DNA of 11,770 nt. Origin: Colwellia polaris. Its GTDB lineage: Archaea; Nanohalarchaeota; Nanosalinia; Nanosalinales; Nanosalinaceae. The stretch is taken from contig JBLGBK010000016.1 of assembly GCA_047617785.1 (NCBI GenBank), forward strand, positions 1 to 11,770. Direction: 5' to 3'. The position numbers and the translations under genes are program-made. The first letter of the stretch is position 1. Every line of letters starts with the position of its first letter. The notes under the pieces were generated by a model. It was not told the DNA's origin and did not search any database. It saw nothing but the letters and a program-made list of their open reading frames with translations. Positions 1-7,518 of this stretch are shown here, piece by piece.

Positions 1-34
1 AAACCTAATTTATAAAATTTCACATTCAAACCCC

Positions 35-40
35 TTTATA
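35..40 (+). promoter_or_regulatory. Putative archaeal TATA box for the rpl18e operon
   Basis: TTTATA at 35-40 in an AT-rich stretch (a second candidate, TTTATAAA, at 9-16). A Shine-Dalgarno-like GAGGTG at 67-72 precedes ATG 84. Confidence 0.45.
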
Positions 41-83
41 CCGAAAAGTGGCGTTTTTGACGCCGCGAGGTGTAACACTATTT

Positions 84-434
84 ATGGACAAGAAAGCTAA
101 CCCTACAAACCCTGTCCTGCGTGAGACTATCGAAACTCTCGAAGAGCAGGACGCAAACATCTGGAAAGATGTAGCTGACAACCTTGGAAAAGTAAATCGA
201 CAGAGACCTGAAGTTAACCTTTCAGATATTGAAAGAGTAACTGAAGAAGGTGACACAGTAGTCGTACCCGGAAAGGTTCTTGGTTCAGGATTTCTGAACA
301 AAGAGGTTGAAGTTGCAGCTTTCAAGGCTTCTAAAAATGCTAAAAACAAGATTAACGAAAAAGGAGAGTTCAAGTTTATCAGAGATCTCCTTGATGAAAA
401 CCCTGAAGGTTCAGAGGTGAAAATTGTAAAATGA
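84..434 (+). CDS. rpl18e: 50S ribosomal protein L18e (eL18)
   Basis: Motifs TNPVL, IWKDVA, EVNLSDI, TVVVPGKVLGSG, VAAFKAS and NPEGSEVKI. Start moved from 48 to ATG 84 because GAGGTG (67-72) precedes it; 116 aa. Confidence 0.95.
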   Translation: MDKKANPTNPVLRETIETLEEQDANIWKDVADNLGKVNRQRPEVNLSDIERVTEEGDTVVVPGKVLGSGFLNKEVEVAAFKASKNAKNKINEKGEFKFIRDLLDENPEGSEVKIVK

Positions 435-865
435 GCGAAGTAACAGTAATTGACGGCGAGAACAAGATTCTTGGACGACTTGCTTCAGAAGTAGCACGAC
501 GTGTAAAGGACGGAGAGGAAGTCCACATTGTCAACAGCGAGAAAGCAGTTGTCTCAGGAGACAAAAAAGAAGTTCTTGCAGACTACAAACAGAAGTTTGA
601 CCGTGGACGAAGAGACCGCGGACCCTATTTCCAAAAGAGACCCGACAAGATCCTGAAGCGCACAGTCAAGAACATGCTTCCGGACGGACCTGACGGAAGA
701 GAACTCAGATCCAACTACAGAACCTACCTACAAGTACCTGACAGATTTGACGAGGTACAAGATGTAGACGTTAAGGAAGGAGACGACTTGAGAAATAGAA
801 ACTACGTAACACTTACCGAGATCTCAGAACACATCGGTTCAGATTTCAGAGGTGAACAGAACTAA
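431..865 (+). CDS. rpl13: 50S ribosomal protein L13 (uL13)
   Basis: Motifs VIDGENKILGRLAS, IVNSEKAVVSG and GPYFQKRPDKILKRTVKNMLP. ATGA overlap with rpl18e; SD GAGGTGA at 414-420. Confidence 0.96.
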   Translation: MSEVTVIDGENKILGRLASEVARRVKDGEEVHIVNSEKAVVSGDKKEVLADYKQKFDRGRRDRGPYFQKRPDKILKRTVKNMLPDGPDGRELRSNYRTYLQVPDRFDEVQDVDVKEGDDLRNRNYVTLTEISEHIGSDFRGEQN

Positions 866-1275
866 TGAGCAACGAAGCAGTACACGCATCAGGAAAACGA
901 AAGACAGCAAAGGCACGAGCAACAATCAACGACGGAGATGGAGAGCTCCGAATCAACTCCCGGCCTCTTCACGTACAGGAAGAAATGGTTCAGCAGAGAG
1001 TCAAAGAACCTCTCACCATCGCAGGCGAAGAAGTCTACGGCGACCTCACAATTGAGGTCAACGCCAACGGTGGCGGAGTACAGGGACAGGCAGAAGCCAT
1101 GCGAATGGCAGTAGCCCGTGCACTAGTAGAATGGACTGACAGCGACGAGCTTGAAAGAGAGTTCAGAGAATACGATAGAAACATGATAGTCGAAGACCCT
1201 CGAAGAACCGAGACCAGAAAACCAAGCCAGTCGAGCAAAGGAGCCCGACACAAACAGCAGAAGTCTTACAGGTAA
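865..1275 (+). CDS. rps9: 30S ribosomal protein S9 (uS9)
   Basis: Motifs GKRKTAKARA, GGGVQGQAEA.R.AVARAL, DPRRTE and C-terminal QKSYR. TAATG overlap with rpl13; SD GAGGTGA at 849-855. Confidence 0.96.
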   Translation: MSNEAVHASGKRKTAKARATINDGDGELRINSRPLHVQEEMVQQRVKEPLTIAGEEVYGDLTIEVNANGGGVQGQAEAMRMAVARALVEWTDSDELEREFREYDRNMIVEDPRRTETRKPSQSSKGARHKQQKSYR

Positions 1276-1283
1276 AAAGTACA

Positions 1284-1481
1284 ATGGAATTTCCAGTACG
1301 CTGCATGAGCTGCGGACAGGTCATCGGCGACAAGTGGGACGAATACCAGGAACGAGTTGAAGACGGCGAGGAACAAGGAGAAGTACTTGACAGCCTTAAC
1401 GTTGACAAGTACTGTTGCCGTACAATCTTCCTCACTCACGTTGACTACGCAGACGAAGTAGCCGAGCACAAGATCGCATAA
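1284..1481 (+). CDS. rpoN: DNA-directed RNA polymerase subunit N (Rpo10)
   Basis: PVRCMSCG and VLDSL...YCCR zinc-binding motifs; 65 aa; canonical position after S9. Confidence 0.96.
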   Translation: MEFPVRCMSCGQVIGDKWDEYQERVEDGEEQGEVLDSLNVDKYCCRTIFLTHVDYADEVAEHKIA

Positions 1482-1498
1482 GAAGGCGCTCAAACAAC

Positions 1499-1520
1499 TT
1501 TTTTCTTTTTTTATTTCTTC
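1499..1520 (+). terminator. Oligo-T archaeal terminator of the ribosomal protein/rpoN operon
   Basis: TTTTTTCTTTTTTTATTTCTTC starting 17 nt after the rpoN stop. Confidence 0.65.
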
Positions 1521-1550
1521 TCAAAGGATTTCTTAATCTAGAACAAATTT

Positions 1551-2720
1551 CTAATTCTCAGTCACGCCAAGGTCTTCTTCTTTCAACCATTTAGAATAGC
1601 CAAGTAGTCCAAATGTACATAGACCTGTGTATAAGAATCCTGCTGATAAACCTTGTTTGAAGGAGTCTGTGTAAATTGAGACTCCCAGAACTATAGCGTA
1701 TAAGATTAGTTTTCCTATGTTCAGGAATATGTCGCGTAAAGCGTAGAATTCCAGTATGTCTTCATCTTCAGCTATATCCGCGTATATAGAGTAAAGCGGC
1801 ACGTAATAGACCATGAATGCTAGACCTGCAAAGAACGAAAGCATTACTACATGCGTTGTTGTAGCCACCATTGTACGTGCAAAGTGCGCCAGCGTTATAG
1901 CGAGTAGTCCAGCTACTATCATCTTCAGACGGCCGTATTTCTGAGATAGTTTACCCGTAATTAAAGCCATCAGTACTGCTCCAATACCTTCTACTGTTCG
2001 TGCTCCCCCTGCGCTTACCTCACCTCCAATAACTAAGAATACAAACAGCGGGAAAAGATAAACTGCCGCTCCTATGTCTGCACCACGTAGAAGGAACAAT
2101 CCTGCGAACTTTCTGTGTTCTTTGTCCCATATATCCTTTACACTATAATCTAGAGGGTCACGATGGTCACCAGACATCAGTAGCGGGATTATAGAAAGTA
2201 CCAGAAATACAAGTGCGACAGATACAAGCATTGGAAAGCCGAAAGTAGCCATTATGACGCCACCGGTTAGAGGTGCTATAGCGCCAGCTAAACGCGGCAA
2301 CCCAATCATTTTACCTGATTCATCGCTTCTTTCACCGTCGCTTGAATCTACCGCGAACTCAGAGTTAAGCGAAAGCCAGTGAAGCGCCTGTGCTACAGCG
2401 TAAACAACTGCTACAGATACAGCTATAGTAGGTGTTATATCATAGAAACGTAAAAGCACAAAAGCAGGTATATAAAAAGCGTAACTTGCTATCAAGCCGT
2501 GTTTAAAACCTATCCGAGATATTAGAAATGAAAGCGGAACAACACTGATAGCAAACGCCGAAGCCAGTACTATGAGATACATAAATGCTAAATTGTACGA
2601 AAGCCCTGCTGAGACGATCTGTATCGGTATGAATATACCGATCAGAGACACCACAAATCTTTGGAGGAACTCGTATAAGTATATCTGGTCTACTTCTTTT
2701 CTATGCAGGAACTGTAGCAT
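1551..2720 (-). CDS. Major facilitator superfamily transporter, substrate unknown
   Basis: 389 aa with about 12 hydrophobic segments in two halves. Motif-A-like loops LISRIGFK and GKLSQKYGRLK; GAIAPLTGG after TM5. Confidence 0.85.
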   Translation of the reverse strand: MLQFLHRKEVDQIYLYEFLQRFVVSLIGIFIPIQIVSAGLSYNLAFMYLIVLASAFAISVVPLSFLISRIGFKHGLIASYAFYIPAFVLLRFYDITPTIAVSVAVVYAVAQALHWLSLNSEFAVDSSDGERSDESGKMIGLPRLAGAIAPLTGGVIMATFGFPMLVSVALVFLVLSIIPLLMSGDHRDPLDYSVKDIWDKEHRKFAGLFLLRGADIGAAVYLFPLFVFLVIGGEVSAGGARTVEGIGAVLMALITGKLSQKYGRLKMIVAGLLAITLAHFARTMVATTTHVVMLSFFAGLAFMVYYVPLYSIYADIAEDEDILEFYALRDIFLNIGKLILYAIVLGVSIYTDSFKQGLSAGFLYTGLCTFGLLGYSKWLKEEDLGVTEN

Positions 2721-2761
2721 CTATAGCTTGTATTAAGGGAGCTGGAGTTAAAAAATATTGT

Positions 2762-3139
2762 TTAGTTCAGTATCTTCCTCAAGGCTGGTTCGATCTGCCG
2801 TAGATTGGGCGCCAATTCCAGTTCTTGTAACTCATCTTTCGCCACCCATTTCAGGTCGGAGAACTTTTCCTCCTCTAGAGAAGGTGACTCCTCTGTAGAA
2901 GCAATGTAGCCGTGCCACATGTAGAGATCACCATCCTTCATGAACTCTCCTGTGTAGAAAGGTTTCTCCAGTTCAACTTCAATACCTATCTCTTCTTCTG
3001 CTTCACGTACTGCTGCTTGGGTCGGCGATTCATCGTTTTCAACTTTACCACCAGGTACTTCCCAGTATTCCTCTTTGCTTCGATAGATAAGAAGTACTTT
3101 GCCGCCCTCAACTATCAGATTTCCTGCTAGTTCGATCAT
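2762..3139 (-). CDS. NUDIX hydrolase (MutT-like)
   Basis: Full Nudix box GKVENDESPTQAAVREAEEEIGI, preceded by WEVPG. Start revised to ATG 3139 (MIELAGNLIV), with a TTAATA TATA candidate about 27-32 nt upstream; 125 aa. Confidence 0.9.
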   Translation of the reverse strand: MIELAGNLIVEGGKVLLIYRSKEEYWEVPGGKVENDESPTQAAVREAEEEIGIEVELEKPFYTGEFMKDGDLYMWHGYIASTEESPSLEEEKFSDLKWVAKDELQELELAPNLRQIEPALRKILN

Positions 3140-3200
3140 ACGAAAGCAAATAGTAGAACCATGATTATTAATCCTACAGTTTCTTCCCGTGTATTGTATC

Positions 3201-3216
3201 AAAAAGAGAAGAAAAA
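3201..3216 (-). terminator. Oligo-T terminator downstream of the HIT gene
   Basis: Minus strand reads TTTTTCTTCTCTTTTT, starting 16 nt past the HIT stop. Confidence 0.5.
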
Positions 3217-3232
3217 TTAGTTAGCGAGGTTT

Positions 3233-3637
3233 TTACTCGAGTCCTTCGCGTAGCTCTTCTGCGATTGCTTCGCCTTCTTCCAGTTCACTTCGGTTGTACG
3301 TAATGTCAAGTTCGTTGCCATCGTAGATCGGTGTGACGTGGAAGTGTAGATGAAATACCTCTTGTCCTGCCTTCTCACCGTTATTCTGTGCGATGTTTAC
3401 ACCCTCTGCACCAAACTTCTCTTTTACAGCGTTTGAAACCTTGACAAGCGGCTTCCACATGTAGCTCATGTTTTCTGCTTCATGGATATCATCGACGTGT
3501 TCCTTAGGTACTACAAGCGTGTGGCCTTTGGATACCGGATGCGCGTCCAGGAATGCGACCACTTTGTCATCTTCGTAGACTTTGTGTCCTGGTAGTTCTC
3601 CGTCGATTATCTGGCAGAATATACAGTCATCAGTCAT
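3233..3637 (-). CDS. HIT family (Hint/PKCI-like) nucleotide hydrolase
   Basis: N-terminal DCIFC, AFLDAHPVSKGHTLVVPKEH, and histidine triad GQEVFHLHFHV. Confidence 0.93.
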   Translation of the reverse strand: MTDDCIFCQIIDGELPGHKVYEDDKVVAFLDAHPVSKGHTLVVPKEHVDDIHEAENMSYMWKPLVKVSNAVKEKFGAEGVNIAQNNGEKAGQEVFHLHFHVTPIYDGNELDITYNRSELEEGEAIAEELREGLE

Positions 3638-3652
3638 ATATTTTTCACTCTT

Positions 3653-4252
3653 TTAGTCTATTTTCTGTCTTTTTTTGTCTCTCTGATTTAGTGCTTGATC
3701 TATGGACTGATCTTTAGTCTGTTCAGCGGAGTCGATGATTTCGTTGACTCTTTTGTTGCCGCTGTACTCCGGTCGTAGTTCTCCACGGAATACATCTTCG
3801 AGTTCGCTCCACTGTTCGTCCTGGATCATTTCCTGTACTCTTTCCTGCTTCAGAGTGTCAACAAGTTCTTCCTGGTCCATGTCTTCGATTTCTTTGACGA
3901 TTCCCCGGTCTTCCATCAGTTCTTGTTTACGTTTAATCGCGATGAACCCGTCGATTACGCGTAGGGCATCCATTACCTGTGCGTGTTCGTTATGGAAGAT
4001 GCTCATTTCGTCTTCAATAGATGCTATTTCTTCTGCAAGCTCTTCTTTCAGTAGTTGTTCGTCTGTTTCCTGCAGTCTCTGGAACTTGGCTCTGCGGTCT
4101 TCTGCCAGTCCTTCATGTTTATCTCGTTTTAGTTCCAGGTCAGCTCTAAGGTTGGATCTTTCTTCTTTCAGTTCATCTAGATCCATGTCGTTGATGCTGA
4201 TCTGGTCGTCGTGTGTGAATTTGTCTACTATTCGGCTTAATACACTTACCAT
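3653..4252 (-). CDS. All-helical coiled-coil protein, possibly ESCRT-III/PspA/Snf7-like
   Basis: 199 aa, acidic. Amphipathic N-terminus MVSVLSRIVDKF, two long heptad helices, then shorter helices. The CDS is well supported; the family assignment is inference. Confidence 0.6.
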   Translation of the reverse strand: MVSVLSRIVDKFTHDDQISINDMDLDELKEERSNLRADLELKRDKHEGLAEDRRAKFQRLQETDEQLLKEELAEEIASIEDEMSIFHNEHAQVMDALRVIDGFIAIKRKQELMEDRGIVKEIEDMDQEELVDTLKQERVQEMIQDEQWSELEDVFRGELRPEYSGNKRVNEIIDSAEQTKDQSIDQALNQRDKKRQKID

Positions 4253-4281
4253 AATAACTACAGTTATACACGTGTACCCGG

Positions 4282-4295
4282 TTAAAAGCTTTCCT
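4282..4295 (-). promoter_or_regulatory. Putative BRE/TATA promoter for the 3653-4252 gene
   Basis: Minus strand reads AGGAAAGCTTTTAA, with TTTTAA about 30 nt before the ATG. Confidence 0.5.
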
Positions 4296-4606
4296 CAAGC
4301 GTATGTCTGTCTGTAGACATTTAGTTTGTACTTCAGGCGTTTGAAACATTCTTGGGCTTCATCCCCGACGTGGAAGAAAATTCGTTTCCAACCCGCATCT
4401 GTCTTCACCTTGATGTTCGGGTATACTGATCCGTCGTCGTACTCTAGTTCTTTGATATCGGAGAAATGTACTTCGTCTAGGAGCTTTCTTTCGCTGAAGC
4501 TGTTTTTGATCCTTCCCCATTCCTCATCATTATTTTTTCTGCGTTCAACATGAGTATCTGTCAGAGCTACCTCGCCAAGATCTGACTTGAATTTTTCTAC
4601 GCTCAT
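4295..4606 (-). CDS. Hypothetical protein, possible PH-like fold
   Basis: 103 aa. Pattern of short beta strands (GEVALTDTHV, VHFSDIKELEY, IKVKT, RIFF) ending in one helix (EAQECFKRLK). Fold is inferred. Confidence 0.6.
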   Translation of the reverse strand: MSVEKFKSDLGEVALTDTHVERRKNNDEEWGRIKNSFSERKLLDEVHFSDIKELEYDDGSVYPNIKVKTDAGWKRIFFHVGDEAQECFKRLKYKLNVYRQTYA

Positions 4607-4728
4607 AACCAGTATTTTTTGGCTGCGACTGTTAACTGTAACGGGAGGTAGTTGACATGATAAACGGAAAACCTAGAACATGTTTAAAAGTATTAACCTC
4701 TCCTGTATTGACACAGGTTAATGGAAAT

Positions 4729-4803
<75 letters not shown>

Positions 4804-4837
4804 CTTTTCCTGTACTATTATTTTTCTGGACTTTCTA

Positions 4838-5230
4838 TTAGTTCCTACAGACCTCTGTTGCCTCATCTCCTCCTAGCGATAGTATGAGCTGATCTCCAGA
4901 GTCTACATCAGGAACCTGAAGTTGAACGGTTTCTCTTGAGTCAACCACTTCTTGCGTCCATACGGGATTATCAACAGGTCTATTGTTTATGAATACATTC
5001 ACCTCTGAGGAGTTGAACGCCGCATCATTTGTGTTTCTTATACTATAGTGATATTCTGTGCCCTGCTGCCAGCAGCTTTCAAATTTTACATCGAGAGCTG
5101 TCTCAAAATTCGATATTTCATCCGTATTTGGCGTGGCTGTATTAACATAGAAATAAACTGTGCCTGTAGCTGTTACTGTAAGTGAGATTAAAAGCACAAC
5201 TGCAACTACTGGCGTTATTCCTTTCTTCAT
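4838..5230 (-). CDS. Archaeal type IV pilin-like protein (class III signal peptide)
   Basis: MKKG/ITPVVAVVLLISLTV matches the PibD/FlaK cleavage motif plus hydrophobic helix. Small beta-rich head with two Cys. CGAAAG-TATAAA promoter candidate about 26-37 nt upstream. Confidence 0.85.
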   Translation of the reverse strand: MKKGITPVVAVVLLISLTVTATGTVYFYVNTATPNTDEISNFETALDVKFESCWQQGTEYHYSIRNTNDAAFNSSEVNVFINNRPVDNPVWTQEVVDSRETVQLQVPDVDSGDQLILSLGGDEATEVCRN

Positions 5231-5323
5231 AACTGAATTATTATGCTAAACACGTTTTATACTTTCGACTTTTTTTGAATAGATTCCCGTGCTTTAATAA
5301 TACCTGTTTAAGAACTATCAAAC

Positions 5324-5845
5324 ATGCCAGAAGACAGTATTGACTGGGCAAACCTTGACCAGGGTGAGAAAATCCTCTGGAAAGGCCAGCCACGGATGAA
5401 AAGCATTTTACCTGCTTTAGTTATCGGCATCCCTCTATCTCTGGTAGGAGTAGGTCTTCTGATAATTATAGGCGCCTATCTTCAGATTCAGAACACTAGT
5501 TTCCTTGTAACTAATCAGGGCTTATATAAGAAGACAGGAATTCTCTCAAGAAACGTCCAGAAAATTGGTTTCGACAAGGTCCAGAATATTTCATTCAGCC
5601 AGGGAATATTTGGAAGCCAGTTCGACTACGGCAATATCGAAATTAGTACCGCTGGCGGACAGGGCGTAGAGATGCGTTTCAACAGCATCAATAGACCGAG
5701 AGAAGTAGAAAACATTATCAACAAGAACCTTGACCACTCCTCGGAAAGCCGACAGACCGAAAGAGCTCAGAGAAGCAGCGATCAAGTTGTAGAAGAGCTA
5801 CAGGAGATCAGAAAGTTGTTAAAGAGTATAGATCAGAAACTATAG
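5324..5845 (+). CDS. Membrane protein with bacterial PH domain (bPH_2/DUF304, YdbS-like)
   Basis: GEKILWKGQP, a hydrophobic hairpin, FLVTNQGL..KTGILSR, I.FDKVQNISFSQG, YGNIEISTAG, and a C-terminal short coiled coil EELQEIRKLLKSI. Confidence 0.85.
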   Translation: MPEDSIDWANLDQGEKILWKGQPRMKSILPALVIGIPLSLVGVGLLIIIGAYLQIQNTSFLVTNQGLYKKTGILSRNVQKIGFDKVQNISFSQGIFGSQFDYGNIEISTAGGQGVEMRFNSINRPREVENIINKNLDHSSESRQTERAQRSSDQVVEELQEIRKLLKSIDQKL

Positions 5846-6550
5846 ATCTTTCTCTCCTGTATACTCTCCTTTTTCTCTTCTGAAATCTTCTTCATCCATT
5901 TCCTCATGTACATGCGCGACTAGTCCGGGTGTCCGAGCGATTATAAAGAAGCCTTTTCCAAGCTCGGGAGGCCATTCCAGATCACTCATAACAGCTGCGA
6001 TCGCACCATCCACGTTCATAACAAGGTCGACCTTGCGCTCCGCGAAGACTTCTCTGATTTCTTGCATCTTATCCACACTTGGGCCTGCCAAACCCAGCCC
6101 TTCTGCTTTGTTCAGAATCTTTGATGCACGCGGATCCTCACCTGTATAGACTTTATGACCTAGACCCGGTATTTTCTCACCAGCTCCAAGCTTGTTATCA
6201 ACTATTGTCTCAGCAGTATCCTCAGATTGCAGTAATTCCATAGCTTCTTCGATCGCACCACCGTGTTTATCGCCTAGAGCCATTACTCCTGCAGCTACAG
6301 AAGTGTTCATATCGTTTCCTCCACTTTGAACTGTCCGTGCAGAAACCGTTGATGGATTTCCGACTCCATGATCTATTGATGACGATAGTATCGTATTGAA
6401 TATTTCTGATTCCTCTTCAGTCGGCTCCTTACCTTTGAGAAGAACCCATATAGCGTCCGGAAAGCTCATTTCCATTACTTCTTCCAACGGTTTTCCTCTT
6501 ATTACAGCATCTTCGCCTGAGGAAGCGATGTCTGTTTTCCATTCGGTCAT
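5840..6550 (-). CDS. ccl: Citryl-CoA lyase (short citrate synthase-family protein, CCL/ACL C-terminal type)
   Basis: 236 aa from ATG 6550 (MTEWKTDI), much shorter than a citrate synthase. Motifs W.T.I, IRG..L, DHG..PS, HGGA, IPGLGH, DPR, NVDGA and RTPGLVAH. Confidence 0.82.
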   Translation of the reverse strand: MTEWKTDIASSGEDAVIRGKPLEEVMEMSFPDAIWVLLKGKEPTEEESEIFNTILSSSIDHGVGNPSTVSARTVQSGGNDMNTSVAAGVMALGDKHGGAIEEAMELLQSEDTAETIVDNKLGAGEKIPGLGHKVYTGEDPRASKILNKAEGLGLAGPSVDKMQEIREVFAERKVDLVMNVDGAIAAVMSDLEWPPELGKGFFIIARTPGLVAHVHEEMDEEDFRREKGEYTGEKDL

Positions 6551-6603
6551 ATGAATATAATTCGGCCGGAGATTCAAAAGCTATTGCGGTAAAAGTCTTT
6601 TCC

Positions 6604-7137
6604 ATGTACCGCAGAATATTGGCAGCGATTGCAGCTGGAGCGGTTTTAGTTTCAGGAATAACAGGTTTTGCTCTATTGGAGCATAGAACTAACATGGAAG
6701 ATTTGAACAGGATGGTTCTAAGCGCTGATGAGCTAGGTGAAGATTTTGAACTGACTCACGAAACTATATCTAACACCACTAATTACGAAAACTCCAGTAT
6801 AGAAATGCGCGTGGATAGAAGATTTGTAGATAATAAGAGCACAGTAATTCTCAGCTCAGCCACTGTTTACAGCTCAAAAAGCGCTGCAGGAAGCGTTCGC
6901 ACAGATTTTATAGATCATACAGCTGATAACGTAACTAGCGCTGATTTCGGAAACGGAAATATAGTCAAGATACATCAGCGCACATTGTTCAAAGATGTTG
7001 TCTATTACTACAATCAGAAAGGCAATTTAATTTACTTTGTAAGCGTTGCAAGTTATTCAGGCTATGAGGATGGAAAAGCTGAAGAATTAATGAAGAAAAT
7101 GAATCCAGAAAACCTTTTAACCAGATTTATCAGCTAG
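6604..7137 (+). CDS. Hypothetical secreted or membrane-anchored protein
   Basis: 177 aa with a basic N-terminus plus hydrophobic stretch (MYRRILAAIAAGAVLVSGITGFALL). The rest is alpha/beta-patterned with several N-x-S/T sequons. Confidence 0.65.
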   Translation: MYRRILAAIAAGAVLVSGITGFALLEHRTNMEDLNRMVLSADELGEDFELTHETISNTTNYENSSIEMRVDRRFVDNKSTVILSSATVYSSKSAAGSVRTDFIDHTADNVTSADFGNGNIVKIHQRTLFKDVVYYYNQKGNLIYFVSVASYSGYEDGKAEELMKKMNPENLLTRFIS

Positions 7138-7518
7138 CTATACATTATCTATAGCTTTCGTTAAACCTTCCTTTATCTCTATAGCCACTTCTTCCAGTTC
7201 ATCATTGTCAGTCAATTCGAGAAGTTTCTCAGGGTTTACTGCTGAAACATAGACGTTTCCTTCTTCTTTGTAAACTATCACATTACAAGGCAGAAGTAGG
7301 CCAAGCTCTGTTTCTTCCTGAAGTGCTTCGTATGCGTGTGACGGGCTGCAGGCGCCTAGTATAGTGTACTCCTGGAATTCTACATCCAATTTTTTCTCAA
7401 GCTTCTCCTGTATATTTATCTCAGTGAGTACGCCAAAATCTTGCTTACCGAGTTCTTGCTCAGTCTTTTCAATTGCCTCCCCAAAATTGAGTTCCGTCTC
7501 TCTAGTCATGCTGTACAT
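7138..7518 (-). CDS. DUF302 domain protein
   Basis: FGVLTEINIQ, YTILGAC.P..A and GLLLPCNVIVY are characteristic of DUF302; 126 aa. TTATAA lies about 26-31 nt upstream. Confidence 0.88.
   Translation of the reverse strand: MYSMTRETELNFGEAIEKTEQELGKQDFGVLTEINIQEKLEKKLDVEFQEYTILGACSPSHAYEALQEETELGLLLPCNVIVYKEEGNVYVSAVNPEKLLELTDNDELEEVAIEIKEGLTKAIDNV

Noticed and set aside
48-83. Longer N-termini from the ORF track (rpl18e from 48; likewise NUDIX from 3202)
   Set aside because: The extensions are non-homologous and run through promoter/SD sequence; the downstream ATGs fit better.
26-1493. Alternative ORFs over the ribosomal operon (26-373, 379-564, 852-1055, 1035-1253, 1163-1435, 1266-1493)
   Set aside because: They largely overlap conserved ribosomal/RNAP genes, antisense or out of frame, and have no recognisable features.
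3735-4316. 193-aa plus-strand ORF
   Set aside because: Ser-rich antisense shadow of the Glu/Asp-rich 3653-4252 gene; no independent motifs.
5840-6577. Annotation as a full or pseudogenised citrate synthase, with start at 6577
   Set aside because: Length and the W.T.I start fit an intact stand-alone citryl-CoA lyase; ATG 6550 has a suitably spaced promoter candidate.
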